DNA of 62,323 nt, counting the filler, from Asterionella formosa (Eukaryota), in assembly GCA_002256025.1 (NCBI GenBank). It is 10 parts of 10 records of this genome, joined end to end, with 100 filler letters (N's around TTAATTAATTAA, not from the genome) between each part and the next. Parts side by side here need not be neighbours in the genome. Positions count along the whole stretch, not along the records: positions 1 to 6,156 come from NKIB01012802.1; positions 6,257 to 12,403 come from NKIB01012803.1; positions 12,504 to 18,647 come from NKIB01012804.1; 7 more parts are not named here. One strand, given 5' to 3'. Positions 1 through 13,043 of the stretch are shown piece after piece (position 1 is the first letter of the stretch; the number at the start of each line of letters is the position of its first letter). The notes beneath the pieces are model-generated. The model was not told where the DNA came from and made no database searches. It saw nothing but the letters and a program-made list of their open reading frames with translations. The translations under genes were made by a program, and so were the position numbers.

Positions 1-34
1 TAGACAGCATGGCTGAAACATTTGAAATCATGTT

Positions 35-340
35 TTCATGCTCCTTGTCATGCTTACACTTTGCTGCTGAAATGAAGGATCATCACACATCATGATGCGG
101 AAAACGAAAGTGATAATACAACACAATGATACTTTCGGCTAAGAAGGAGTGAATAGCTACGGAGAAGGGCAGGATCAATTGATGGTAAGTCAAGAGCAAA
201 TGCCTTTCATGTTCCTTGTCATGCATACACTTCCTGAAATAAAGGATCTCAAGCAACACATGATGCGAAAAACTGAAGTGACAATACAACACAATGATAC
301 ACCATGCGGCTAAGAAGGAGTGAATATGACGGAGAGGGGC
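35..340 (+). repeat. Degenerate tandem duplication (~35-170 vs ~206-340)
   Basis: Shared blocks ttcatg.tccttgtcatgc, aatacaacacaatgatac, cggctaagaaggagtgaata. Confidence 0.8.
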
Positions 341-689
341 GAAATCAACAAGCTGTGCATAGTATCACGGCATGTCAAGATCAAATGCCGCCCCAGGATG
401 ATCAATTGTTGGGATTACGGAATGACTCATCCCCTTTCAGTGATTCAATAGCTCCATTTCGATTTGGTGGCCAACCATCGATGCGGACAAAAGAAATCGT
501 TAAGTGCTATCATCTTTGGATCAATCCACAATTTTGCTTCTTTCAGGATAATGGCAAACAAACAGTATTTGTAAGTTACAAACAGCAGCATTTGAGCCCA
601 TTTATTGATCCTCGGTACTTGCTAATTCAATGCTCAATTGACACATTATATTACAGAAATATGCATCCTCAGTTAATTCCTCAATTTGT

Positions 690-1300
690 GGTAAGTGAAG
701 ATCGAAGCGAAATGCATGCTGTGCGTTGTGTAAGAAAAACATGAACGGCTAACAATGAATTGCTTCTCTTTGCTAGTATGGCTGATTGGAACAACGAAAC
801 GGACCACCAAGTGAAACTTACAACTTGTGGAGAACGCATATATGACGAAGTAACTTCTGCGACTTGGTTTGAAAATGCATTCAGCAATTCTCCTGCATCA
901 GAAAATGGAGTGTTGAAGACAGGGTGTTTATTTCTTACCCTAGAAGTTTTCAGTGATGGTTTACCTATAAATAAACAAATGAAATATTCCGAGCATCCGT
1001 TTTGTTGACAATGTTAAACTTAACGTTAGAAGGAAGGAAAAAAGTTGATGGATGGCAATTGGTATCTCGTTTGCCAGACATTGAAGTCAGTGATCTGGAG
1101 AAACAATTTGTCCTTATGTAGACTCAAATTAAACCATTCTGTTACAGGATTTCTATTGTCGTCTTTCGAAGAGCGATCCAAACAAGCAAGTCATACGATA
1201 TTTGGGTTCATGGTCTTGGTATGAAAAAATTTTATTTCCAGATTGGAATGATCATTGGTGATACAGAAGAGCACAACAAAATTTGTGGTTTCAGGGGTGC
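690..1300 (+). pseudogene. Plavaka-like transposase remnant, frameshifted
   Basis: Across frames, in the expected order: IYDEVTSATWF, LTLEVFSDG, LLTMLNL..EGRKKVDGWQLVSRLP, RLKLNH, MIIGDTEEHNKICG, resembling conserved Plavaka blocks; stops and frameshifts present. Confidence 0.65.
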
Positions 1301-1352
1301 GTCAAAAGCATTTGGTGATGATGCAAGCGCAAAAAGCATATCGTATTGCGCC

Positions 1353-1663
1353 TAAAAGGTAAAGTAATACGAAAAGAATTTCTGTAGCATAAACGGAGTA
1401 AAAATAATCACGGTTTGGGGGGAAATTATGCATAGAAAAATATGCACTGTAAACCACCGCTATACAACAATCTTAATGACTTTGAAAATTTAAAACTTTA
1501 TGGCTTTTTACACTGAATCAAAACTGATTACTTATTCGTTGAGTAAAGTGCTGCATCGTCGAACATACTCTTCGTACTTTCATCAGGTTTCGATTGTTAA
1601 TTTACTTAAATATTTTCAGTCGGAAGATGAAGTAAATAATGGTGGCCTACAGATTTTAAGTGG
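1353..1663 (+). mobile_element. 3' terminal region of a DNA transposon, homologous to 45221-45543 (end ...ttttaagtgg|TA)
   Basis: ~310-bp diverged match to the sequence downstream of the DDE_1 ORF in another contig; both copies stop matching at aagtgg-tac. Confidence 0.7.
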
Positions 1664-1680
1664 TACTCTGATATCATGTG

Positions 1681-3781
1681 CCGTAAAACCTGGTGTCTTG
1701 TATCCCTCAATCATGTACACAGCCACATCTGATTGTACTTAGTGCGGAGTACAAGACATGGAACTTTTTTGATTGTCAAACTTTATGAAAGAACCAACTT
1801 CACCACCATTTTCTCCGTAGTCTAAAACATAAATAGCAACATTAAGAGATATATTGTTTAGTGCTCAATTTAATTTCTATTTTTTGAGCACTGGCGCGCC
1901 CGAATTTCGTCATGACTTCAACAGAAATTTCTAGAATGTATACAATTTGCACCTGATTCTTTGATGTTAATAAATTGTGCAGGTTGTACAAATCTGATCG
2001 TGATAGAAATTGAGGTTAGCCAACCAAATCATTTTCTACGGAATCATCATCATCATCATCATGACGACGAAAAAATATCCAAAGTAGATCCGGAGCTGGA
2101 AGTCCATGCTGGATTGTGCAATGGTTGTGGTTCTGGCAGAGGTGGTGGAGATTCCCCTGGTGCAGGAAGAAGGTTTGATTCAGAGGCAGGTGTTGATGAA
2201 AAGAATCGCTCACCCTGGCTGCTCTCCAAAAAGGGCTGCTGAGTTTGAAGGATTGAAGATTCTTTTCGACCAGTTGAGGCTTCAAGATAGGGCCTGTACC
2301 ACCAGGATGCTCAGTGTTGAGCTTAAGTGGCAACCTGGGAACGAAAATGTGTTGCTGAGGGCACTTGAAAAACAGATCAAGCGCTCCTGGCTTGCCCATA
2401 AGGACATTGTCATTAGGCGTGTGACTCGTGTCGCCCAAAATACAAGGCTGGACCAGGAGACAGATCAAGTTTTTTTGCTGCGTTCGAATTTCATGCTGGA
2501 AATATTGTCAATATTGATGAAAAAAACATCAATTTTGACATGCTTGGATCAAGGACTTTGGCAACCCGAGGCGAAAGGACCATTGGGCTTGCCTTCGAAC
2601 AACAGGAAATTCGAACCGTTGCACTGTGTTGTTGTTAGGGGTGACAATGAGTGGTGAGAAGTTGCCACCATTCATTGTATTTACAGGAGCAAGGCATGGA
2701 CGTATTGCCAGGCAATTGGGATTACTAGACAACAATCATCAACTTTTTCCGGTTGGTATTAAATATGCTTGTCAACCCAAAGCTTGGGTTGATACAGACA
2801 TATTTTTATGATGGATCGAAATATGCTTGTCAACCCAAGCAAAGCTTGGGTTGGTACAGACATATTTTTATGATGGATCGAAAAAGTTTGGCAACCATTT
2901 GCGTTGGGAAAAGGCGGCGAGCCTACTTCTCACCTTCTTAAGGATGATTTCACTGTTCAAAAGGTAGGACTTCGTGTTGATGCAATCAAAAATTGCGGCA
3001 CTGCTGAGGTTGATTTCGTACTCCCAGGCTAGTACACATCTAGGACTTCAAGTGTTTGATTTACTAGGAGTTAATAAGCCCTTCAAGGACTACATGAGAG
3101 GATATTGGGAAGACTTCATGGTTGCCAATGTGCACCACATTGCACAATGGGTAGAAATGGCATGGGCTAGAGTCTCAATTGGAACAGTCACCAATACTAC
3201 CTGGAAGAGCATTGGATTTGAGGGCTTTGCTGCTGTTAACTAGTCAAGTAGGATCGGATTATTTGATAATAGAATTTAACATTTAATTTTAGTGAAACAA
3301 TTATTATCGTCAATTAGATTCAGGATGGCAAACTCTAGCAATAGGCAAATAAATTAAGCTGATGACTACAAAAAGCCCAAAACGAAGAAGTGATTCTAAC
3401 AATGTTGAAAATGCTAAAATCTAACACGATTATAAATATTCTAGTGTAGATTGGTTGAAGGAATTGAAAACTTGTCTAGTTTTCGAAACATATATTCCTG
3501 AATCTGGATGTCCTCAAGAAGCCAGAATGAACAAACTCCAAGGTTATTGTGGCTTTTTGCCCTTTTGGCAGCATTTTCACTAGAGTCATAGAGTTCAATA
3601 ACTTGAGCAAACTTGTTGACAAACTTGTCACTTGTTTTCTTCAAAGCTGCAATATTCTTGCCAAGGAAACCAACTGTGCACAGTTCTGTCCCATCACACA
3701 GGAAATATTTGGGAGTGTTGTGCCAGATGTACAAAGGGGGGTACAGGTATCTGGGGGGATACGAGACACCAGGTTTTACGG
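1681..3781 (+). mobile_element. pogo-like (Tc1/mariner superfamily) DNA transposon with 26-bp TIRs
   Basis: CCGTAAAACCTGGTGTCTTGTATCCC (1681-1706) vs its inverse at 3756-3781 (25/26); right end followed by TA, left end preceded by TG. Confidence 0.9.
2106..3243 (+). pseudogene. DDE_1/pogo transposase, fragmented
   Basis: GVTMSGEKLPPFIVFTG, QPKAWVD, LQVFDLLGVNKPFKDYMR, WVEMAW; several frameshifts and an internal ~60-bp duplication at 2760-2880. Confidence 0.85.
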
Positions 3782-4895
3782 TACTCCGGTATCTGGTACC
3801 GTGCCACGCCCAGCAAGAGTGTAGTTTGATGGTACGTGTATTATTACATACGAGGAGAACCGGTATGTTGGTTGTTCTACACCAGCGTGCCGCGGTGATA
3901 ACGAGGACCTGGAACCAGGTAAAGTGGCTAGTACAAACAACTGTACCGACGCCTGACAGCAAGTTGCGTTACGGTAGTTGTGCTCGAACTAAACATTTAG
4001 CTATCTTTATCCTTAATTAAATTGTTTCAGTTATGCAAAATGACCGCAACTTGCAGTACTGCCCTCTACATGTTACATTTCGTCAGAGGAGGGACCTGCT
4101 TCAGTACACACATACGCTATGTAGAGCAATCATCGGTGAGATCTACATACATCGTACATGACATGGAGCTCAGCAAAGCACTTAATTCGTTGTGTGAGAG
4201 GTCCAATAAGTGCGATACTGGAATATTTGTTGTTCCAAGATTCGTGGTCTCGTTATCACGTATGTGTGGGAGTGTGGTACCTGGTACCGATATTTCGTTG
4301 TTTGAAACTTCACTCCCCTGTTGATTGTGCTGTAGTACTGTACAATTAAAGTATAATAACGTCTGAGGACCGGATAAAAAAAATGCGTCTGAATTGAAAA
4401 GATTTATTTCATCATGTGCTGCTTTTAAGTACGTACGTTCGTACTCCTGTACTTTTTACTGAGAGTACAGCCACGGTACCCGAATACCGGTACTTGTGAT
4501 GCACCCATGAATTGAAAGTTTATACCCGGTACTATAGATAGCTGGCCCAGCTGTAGTTATGTATGTAAATATGCATTCATGAGATATCCACATCTGCTTC
4601 ATTTTCCATTAAAGCAACATATCTAGCATGCCTACCTATATCTTTTATTCCGGTAGTATAACTATATACGGGTATATATATACTTACCATTGATTCTGTT
4701 CGGTTGCTGCTGTGTCCTTCTGTCACCTTCAATTTCAGTTCCTTTGCTTCATCACCGGCATGCGATCATGATGCATTGCGTACTAGTATCATTTTCTGAT
4801 ATACTAAAAATATTATCATTCATTTGAAAATTCATTTCCTATACTCAACTCGGTATTGAACATTTAAAAACATAAAGCCAACCCGAACAAGCACA

Positions 4896-6156
4896 ATGGC
4901 ATCATCGACCACTCCCGTTCGCAAGGACGCCGCCGGCACCGGAAGTATGAAGGATGTGGAGATGGCCCCCTTGGTTCATCAGGAGCCGCCACCCCCAGAG
5001 ACTCCCACGTCGGCTGCAGCTGCTCAGGACGCAGCGGAAAAGGCGGCCTTGGCCAAGGTATTGTCCGCCTGTGGCATGTATTCCTTCTGTTCTGTCAGTA
5101 TGGTTCTTACCAACAAGTCATTGGCAAGTAGGTGAGTGGACAGCAGAGCAGTCGGAGTGACGGGAATAAAAGCACAACAAGCAATGACTGTTGTCGGACA
5201 TTTCTGATTTGACGACCATTGCTAGTATTTCACATCATGCAATCGCTCACACCCGTTTGCAGTTACAACCATCTTATTGATGGAGACTTGAATATCTTGT
5301 TGGTTGTTGTACAGGCCGTTGTCGCCATTCTTTGTGTGGAAATTTGCAAGTATATGAGGTGGGTCGAGTATCCTAATTTCAACATGCGGACTGCTAGGTA
5401 CGTTACACGGCAGGATTACATTGCACGGTGGTTAATGTTCAGGACATGCATAAATATACAGTAGCACTAATAATGCAGCACCCATTGATATGCAAACAGA
5501 CTTTGGGCTCCTGTCAATATCCTCTTTTGCCTCATGCTCTTTACAGGCATGGCCTCCCTGCAGTACAACTCTGTTCCCATGGTTACCATCTTCAAAAATA
5601 TTACCAACATTGTTGTTACCATTGGAGACTACTACTGCTTTGGAACGACAGCTGAAGGTTTGGTCATACTGGCATTTGCCATTATGCTTGCCGGAGCCGT
5701 TGCTGCTGCTTGGAATGACCTTTACATTAGCACCCTTGGCATTTTTTGGATGGCCATGAATTGCATCTCCACAGCTGGATACATTCTGTACATGAAGTTT
5801 GCCACCAAGAACGTCAAGCTTTCCAAATTCGGAATGGTCTTTTATAACAATGTCTTGTGTACCTTCTTTCTGCTCCCCTGTGCTATTTTCATGGGACAAA
5901 TTACCATCTTCCTCAAGACACCAGCAATCCACACTACTGACTATTTGCTCAAGAACTTTTTTGCAGGATTTGTTGGATTCTTTTTGAACTTTGCATCCTT
6001 GACGTGTGTGGCTGCTACTGGTCCAACAACCTATGCCATTATTGGATCCTTGAACAAGGTACCTGTTGCCATTTTGGGATATATTCTATTTGATAATGTC
6101 ATTACCAACCAGACATGGTTCTTCATTGCGGTTAGTATGAGTGGAGGATTTCTATA
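4896..6156 (+). CDS. Golgi nucleotide-sugar transporter, GDP-mannose (GONST/VRG4-like); exons 4896-5131, 5263-5397, 5500->6156; 3' end lost at linker
   Basis: Spliced reading gives YSFCSVSMVLTNK, WAPVNILF, TIFKNITN, MVFYNN, PTTYAIIGSLNKVP (GXLNK motif); GT-AG introns keep frame. Confidence 0.9.
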
Positions 6157-6256
6157 NNNNNNNNNNNNNNNNNNNNNNNNNNNNNNNNNNNNNNNNNNNN
6201 TTAATTAATTAANNNNNNNNNNNNNNNNNNNNNNNNNNNNNNNNNNNNNNNNNNNN
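6157..6256. other. Artificial contig linker (N44-TTAATTAATTAA-N44). The same linker occurs at 12404-12503, 18648-18747, 24891-24990, 31134-31233, 37376-37475, 43617-43716, 49853-49952 and 56094-56193
   Basis: Identical 100-nt N-flanked six-frame stop linker recurs every ~6.24 kb; genes are cut off at the linkers. Confidence 0.97.
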
Positions 6257-6257
6257 C

Positions 6258-7922
6258 TTGGCTGTGAATGACAACAACCAGGTGACAATTGCTGCAGAAG
6301 GAGGTATCACTAGGATTCTGTCTACTATGGAGATTCATTCATCAAATGCAAATGTTCAACACTATGGTTGTTTAGCACTTGGCAACTTGGCTGTAAAAAA
6401 AAGCATCCAGGTGACAATTGCTAAAGAAGGAGGTGTCACAACAATTCTGTCTGCTATGAAGAAGCATCCATCCAATGTTAATGTTCAACTCTATGGTTGT
6501 GCAGCACTTTGGAAATTGGCTGTGAATGAGAACAACCAGGTGATAATTGCTGAAGTTGAAGGTATCACAAGGATTCTGTGTGCTATGAATTATCATTCAT
6601 CTAATTCAAATATTCAACACTATGGTTGCGGAGCACTTGGGAACTTGGCTGCAGATGACAACAACAAGGTGGCTATTGCTGCAGCAGGAGGTATCACTTT
6701 GATTCTCTCTGCCATGGAGAATCATTCATTCAATGCAACTATGCAGCACTGTGGTTGCGCAGCACTTTGGAACTTGGCCATGAATGACAACAACCAGGTT
6801 GCAATTGCTGAAGCAGGAGGTATCACTACAATTCTGTCTACTTTGAAGAATCATTTACCCAATGCTGATGTTCAACACTATGGTTGTGGAGTTCTTGGGA
6901 ACTTGGCTGTGAACAACAAAAACATGGTGATGATTGCTGAAGCAAAAGGTATTGCTACAATTCTGGTTGCTATGAATATGCATTCTTCTAATGCTAATGT
7001 GCAGCACTATGGTTGTGGAGTACTTGGGAACTTGGCTGTTAATGACAACAACAAGGTGATGATTGCTGCAGCAGAAGGTATCACTACAATTCTGTCTGCT
7101 ATGAATATTCATTCATCCAATTCTAATGTGCAGCACTATGGTTGTTTAGCCCTTGGGAACTTGGCTTCAAATGACAACAACTTGATGATTATTGCTGCAG
7201 AAGAAGGTATCACTACAATTCTATCTGCTATGAATAATCATTCCTCTAATTCAAATGTACAGCACTATGGTTGTGGAGCATTTGGGAACTTGGCTGTCAA
7301 TGACAACAACAGGGTGGTGATTGCTAAAGCAGAAGGTATCACTACAATTCTGTCTGCTATGAAGAAGCATTTATCCAATGCTGATGTACAAAACTATGGT
7401 TGTTTAGCTCTTGGGAACTTGGCTGTGAACTTTAACAACCAGATGACAATTGCTGCAGCAGGAGGTATCACTACAATTCTATCTGCTATGAAGAAGCATT
7501 CATCCAATGCTAATGTTCAACAATATGGTTGTGGAGCACTTGGGAACTTGGCTGTGAATGACAATAATCAGGTGTCGATTGCCGCAGCAAGAGGCATCTC
7601 TTTGATTTTGTCTGCAATGGAGAGTCATTCATGCAATGCTAATGTGCAATACTGTGGCTTTGGAGCACTTAAAAACTTGGCTGTGAATAACTGTTTCAGT
7701 GTGGCAATTGTTGCAGCAGGAGGTATTACTACAATTCAGTCTGCTATGAAGAATCACTCTTTAATTGCTGGTTTTCAAGATAAAGGTCATGATGCACTTA
7801 GGAACTTGGATTGTAATACTGATAACAAGGTGACAATTGCCAAAACTAGTGGAATAGTTGCAACGATTCTTGGAATAGTGGCAATGATGCTTCTATGCAA
7901 AATCATTCATGGTTTGTATTAG
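6258..7922 (+). CDS. Armadillo (ARM) tandem-repeat protein, 5' truncated; ~12 repeats of 44 aa with a hydrophobic C-terminus
   Basis: Repeat consensus LGNLAVNDNNQVxIAxAGGITTILSAMxxHSSNANVQHYGCGA at a 132-bp period, uninterrupted ORF. Confidence 0.9.
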   Translation: MAVNDNNQVTIAAEGGITRILSTMEIHSSNANVQHYGCLALGNLAVKKSIQVTIAKEGGVTTILSAMKKHPSNVNVQLYGCAALWKLAVNENNQVIIAEVEGITRILCAMNYHSSNSNIQHYGCGALGNLAADDNNKVAIAAAGGITLILSAMENHSFNATMQHCGCAALWNLAMNDNNQVAIAEAGGITTILSTLKNHLPNADVQHYGCGVLGNLAVNNKNMVMIAEAKGIATILVAMNMHSSNANVQHYGCGVLGNLAVNDNNKVMIAAAEGITTILSAMNIHSSNSNVQHYGCLALGNLASNDNNLMIIAAEEGITTILSAMNNHSSNSNVQHYGCGAFGNLAVNDNNRVVIAKAEGITTILSAMKKHLSNADVQNYGCLALGNLAVNFNNQMTIAAAGGITTILSAMKKHSSNANVQQYGCGALGNLAVNDNNQVSIAAARGISLILSAMESHSCNANVQYCGFGALKNLAVNNCFSVAIVAAGGITTIQSAMKNHSLIAGFQDKGHDALRNLDCNTDNKVTIAKTSGIVATILGIVAMMLLCKIIHGLY

Positions 7923-8530
7923 CAAGAAACATGGTAATGAGTTCCTGTTTCATGTATTTGGCAATATCATGTGCCACCTTCATTGTTTCAAATTTGATTT
8001 TCAAAGGATGCACAACATTTGTCATCAAAATCATCACTAGTACTCATCATGTCATTCTTTAGTCTGCATTCCCCACACTTTAACCTATCAGCAGCAACAC
8101 CTGGGACAGATGCATCTCCCTTTTTTCATAATATTTGTCCAACAACAGTGTGCCTTCCTATCCACGATTGATGCTCATGTGATAAGCATTCAACAAGATC
8201 TCCATTAGCAATGGTCAAGACTGCAATGGCAATGGTAGGGTCACTTTGTATAGTACATGAAAAGCTGGTTTGTTGTATGTAGATATAGGTTTCAGTGGAC
8301 AGTATAAAAATAAGGACACAAGAGGAGGAGGAGAGTAGAATGTGAGTCAATTAACAAACCTGACAAACTCAATAGGAGTTTGGAAGGAGGGATGTTAAAA
8401 GAGTGAGGATATATAATTTATTAAAGATTAATATAGAGTAGAAGAAGTGGTAGTGATTAGAATCTGACAGACAGAGGGTTCAAGAGGAAACATGATGAAA
8501 AGACAAATGATCATGATGAAAATGTTTGTG

Positions 8531-8860
8531 AAGAACCTGTGTTTTGGTGGCAATATGATGGAAATTATGTGTCAATTTGCCAGCATGTACTATGATTTGC
8601 GCTGCTGAGTTATCTTCACCAATTGGGACAGGATTATAATATTAGAGACACATACCTTCCATGTAGATGCACAACCAAAGAACATGTTTTAATAAGGTGA
8701 TAGCAGTATCCAGTTCAGCTTCTGTGGTATTATAAGCAGAAGTACTCTGCTTGCGACATCAAGCAATCACAGCAGTACCATTTATTAAAATGACACTGCC
8801 AGAACAAGCAAGGTGATCAAATACAGCACCACAAAAGTTAGTATCAGCAAGCCCTGTAGT
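8531..8860 (-). pseudogene. Ty1/copia RNase H domain remnant (not in the ORF track)
   Basis: Manual translation: GLADTNFCG..D..SGSVILINGTAVIA*CRKQSTSAYNTTEAELD...PVPIGEDNSAA...GKLTHNFHHIATK, matching copia RNase H motifs, with two stops. Confidence 0.85.
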
Positions 8861-9229
8861 ATCAGGTGTGAGACCTAGAGTGGGTCTGGGACCTGAAACA
8901 TGTAATTGCTCATGCAAATTGTGAGAGATGGATGAAGCTGGAGTGTTGGTTGGAGCAACAATAGAGCTGATAGGTAGGACAGGAGATTGCCAAAAAGTAT
9001 GTGCGTTGTCAAATTAATGAGCTTCGACACTGATTACAGTGGGTTCTTCTAGCCAGCAGGGGGCTGTCTGACTTATATGAAACAGAGATGATGTATCTCC
9101 TAGAAACTCTTCTGTTCAAAGCTTGCGGGATATCTGTGTAGCTAGCAACAAAGAAGGTACTTAGCAATCTGCAGTACAGAAATGAAGTTTAGCCATGCAT
9201 CTTGCAATCAGGGATCAGACACGACAGTA

Positions 9230-11007
9230 CTGCAAGGAGGTGGCGTAAAAATCATCTGCACACCAAAATTTCATTCCAGATACCTTGAACAAGGTTCAGA
9301 CCAAGATTTGGGTCACTGGACGTGAATGCATTTCAAAGGGAATGATGATTACAATTTAGTGGTAATTACGGCATATCAAGTCAGTCAGAAACTCATGCTG
9401 GGTTGGGGACGGAGACAGCCTACATGCAGCAATGGAGGAAACTTTGACGTATCCATAATGAAACTTGCAATCCACGAAGTAAATTTTGGGTGGATTTAAG
9501 CCGTCAAATTCAACTTTTATCATCGCACAGTGGTGAAATTATTCTCATGATGGATGCAAATGCTGACTATGCTGACGATGAATTTTCTTTGTTCTTGGAA
9601 TCAACTGAAGATTTGCATCAGACATCATCTCCACCTGCAACATACCAAAGAGGTAACCAGAAAATGGACTATATTCTTGGAACGGCTAAGATTTCAGCAA
9701 CTGTTTCCAAAGGAGATTTGAAAACGTTTGACGATAGGTTAGAATTTTCAGACCACAGGGTTAAAGTAACTGACTTAAAAGAGAGGGAGATTTTGATGAC
9801 AAAGATGATGACCCGACTGTAAGGAAACACAGAGGCTTGCGCACCAAAAATAAAGAACAAACCAAAGAATACTTGGAAATAGTGCATACTCAATTTACGG
9901 AACATAATATTTACAACAGATGCATGAAGTTAAAAGAGTCTGCCCCAACAATGACAGTTCAAGCGATCAAACAAGCAGCCAACCAGATAGACAATCAGAT
10001 TACAATCGCAGCTTTACATGCAGAAAAAAACGTCACAGAGAAACTTTGGTTATGGGTGGTCTACTGAGCTAGCATCAGTAGGAAAGGAAGTTACCTCTTG
10101 GAAAACTGCTTGAAATATTTTAAAGCAGGTAAAGATCCTTTTTAGTACAATACACTGAATCATACGGATTGACAAAACCGGTTTCAGATTTTTCCTTCCT
10201 ACAAAATATACTGGAGGATGCGTGGCTGAAGTTGAACTTAGTTGAGATAAATCGAGATCTCTCCGTAAATCATACTTGCTGAGATGGATTCATGAAGAGA
10301 AGTCACATGGAAATAAGAAATCAAATCCGGAAAAATTACGTAGCGGAATATATGACCAAGCTTTGGCCTAAATAAAGGAGGTATGCAAAAGGGGAAATTC
10401 GCAGTACCAGTCTGAACAGAATTGAGAAACCGATACATGACCACGAAACTGGTGAAATAATAGACTTTCAAACAATCACAGATCTGAGCGAAATGCTTAG
10501 TCAATTACTTCAACGAAAAATACAACACTTTGCTCAAGCCAGCAGTGAAATTCCTTTTGTCTAAGGTCAACTCAGCAGCAGGGAACAAACATTTGAATTT
10601 CATCATTTTCTGACACAATTCTCAAGGACACCACGGACTTAATGGACCTTGATTGAAATGCAGGAATTGTAGCATATATTCAAGAAATGTCATACCCTAA
10701 AACCGAGGATGGAACAGATTTGGTCTCATATATTCATTGAAGATTATAAATCTGGATTTCATAAGGTTTCAGAGAAGACATTATCTTCTCCAAGTGGAAG
10801 ACCCTTAGGCCATTACCGGGCAGGATTGACATCTGATTCGATTTGCTTTGTCTACTCTACTTTGAAGACGTTACCATTTGAATTTGGGTTTATTGCTCTG
10901 GTCCGATGGACAAATGCTTTACCAGTGATGTTAGAGAAGGCTGCTGGTACACCGCGCTTGGATAAATTCAGGGTTATTCAGTTATTGGAAGCGGATTTAT
11001 GGTTTTA
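9230..11007 (+). mobile_element. Degenerate non-LTR retrotransposon ORF2 (AP endonuclease plus start of RT), interrupted at 11008
   Basis: IILMMDAN, TYQRGNQKMDYILG, FSDHR (APE); SSPSGRPLGHY, MLEKAAGTPRLDKFRVIQLLEADL (pre-RT/RT start). Confidence 0.85.
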
Positions 11008-12403
11008 CATCTGCAAATAAAAACTATCATATTTCCATGATGCATCATAGGATTGTGATCATCTGATCATAATTATTCGTTATATCATCTAATAATTTTG
11101 ATCAATGCCTTTGTAATTTAAATAGTAACCCTTTTGACTACATATGTTGAATTATTATATGAATTGTTTCTATTTGATTCCTGTATTCGAATTTCTTGGT
11201 AGGATAATGTACCAGTTCAAGTTATGTAATTTGGCTTGTCATTTCCATCCGTCATCACTCCGATTTTTGCAACAACAACGAAATACTAGCGATGACAAGC
11301 AGAATGAATGTTTGCGATAATGTCTTCAATTTGTTGGTCAAGTGATCTTTATATCTTTGAGTAATCGTCATGTGCAGTGAAACTTTGTTCATAATCATTC
11401 AATTAAGAGTTTACAGGAGAGAAGAAACCATTCGAACTCGTAATGTTTCCGCACACAGCGCACAAAGTATATCCGTTTCGTTCACTTCAGCATGACAATC
11501 TCGCCAATCAACCCGTAAACAAACACATTCTACTTGCTCTCATTGACATTTTCAATTCTCACATGATACTACATCTACTATTGAGATTCAGTAAAGAAGG
11601 AGATACGAAAATGTGCGTAACAGACTACTATCCACATAGCTATAGTTATAGAATGATTCTGATTAGAATTTCATTTTCATATCGCTCGCTCGTTTCTGCA
11701 TTTGGTATACTGTACTTGAATTAACTATTGAACTTGTCCGCATCTTTGAGACCATCAAGCAAGAGAGCGAAAGCAAGTGGCTCTTTTCATTGTTGTTTGC
11801 TCGTAGGAAGAATTTGATATCTGTATCGTCATTTGCTTGTTGGAATTGTCCGTTGCCTCAAACCTGCTTGGCGTGTGCGTACACACACTGTCGACTTGTT
11901 TTCATTGGTATGTTGTTCTTGTATTCACTGTTTATATCCGTTTCGTTCACTTCAGCATGACAATCTCGCCAATCAACCCGTAAACAAACACATTCTACTT
12001 GTTCTCGTTGACATTTTCAATTCTCACATGATACTACATCTACTATTGAGATTCAGTAAAGAAGGAGATACGAAAATGTGCGTAACAGACTACTATCCAC
12101 ATGGCTATAGTTATAGAATGATTCTGATTAGAACGCATTTCATTTTCATATCACTTGCTCGTTTCTGCATTTGGCATACTGTACTTGAATTAACTATTGA
12201 ACTTGTCCGCATCTTTGATACCATCAAGAGAGCGAAAGCAAGTGGCTCTTTTCATTGTTGTTTGCTTGTAGGAAACATTTGATATCTGTATCGTCATTTG
12301 CTTGTTGGAATTGTCCGTTGCCTCAAACCTGCTTGGCGTGTGCGTACACACACTGTCGACTTGTTTTCATTGGTATGTTGTTCTTGTATTCACTGTTGAA
12401 CTT
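11008..12403 (+). mobile_element. AT-rich non-coding interspersed repeat, copy 1, with an internal ~465-bp tandem duplication (11468-11932 / 11933-~12398)
   Basis: Closely matches 40629-~41570 from the first bases (c(a/g)tctgcaaataaaaactatcatatttcc); cuts the LINE ORF. Confidence 0.85.
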
Positions 12404-13043
12404 NNNNNNNNNNNNNNNNNNNNNNNNNNNNNNNNNNNNNNNNNNNNTTAATTAATTAANNNNNNNNNNNNNNNNNNNNNNNNNNNNNNNNNNNNNNNNN
12501 NNNACCTGGTACCTGGTACTGTACTTGAACTGCGTACAACACTGCACCTGTCGCGGGAAGTACGTATCGTTTGGCTTTGGCGATAAAAGTCGTTGGAATG
12601 GGAGGACCGTGCTGATCGGTCACACATTATGAAATGATTTCAGAATATGTGTATCGTCCACAAATCATCGTTATTTTCAAAATATTGCTTTCTATTCCTC
12701 AAACTATAATCCCATCGTCGCAGAATTTTGGGAGAAAACAAAAAGCAGTGCAGTATCCCAATCGCAATTACTTACGGTAAGACGGCGATGCTTGGAAAAT
12801 TTTTGTTGTTATAATCACTTGTGCAAGAGTAATCGGTAATGTCCAAGGAAAAGGTCAAGGCATTTTACAAGAAAGAAGAAATACGATGCTCAATCAAATA
12901 CAATTTATCCATTGGATACGGGCGAGTACTGATTGCTCGTCAACAGCCAATTTTGTGAAATGCATCATTCTCACAATCATCAATTTATATATTAGCAGTT
13001 CCATCTCATCATCGCCTGTTAAATAAGTGACCATACACGCGAA

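Noticed and set aside
1961..2242. ORF with a His6-like run
   Set aside because: A (CAT)n microsatellite in an off-frame reading inside the decayed pogo element
4896..7922. Possible fusion or clustering of the sugar transporter with the ARM-repeat ORF
   Set aside because: They are separated by an artificial linker and belong to different contigs
11443..12455. Duplicated short ORFs (93-149 aa)
   Set aside because: They lie in an AT-rich repeat; frames are not preserved between copies and no motifs are recognisable
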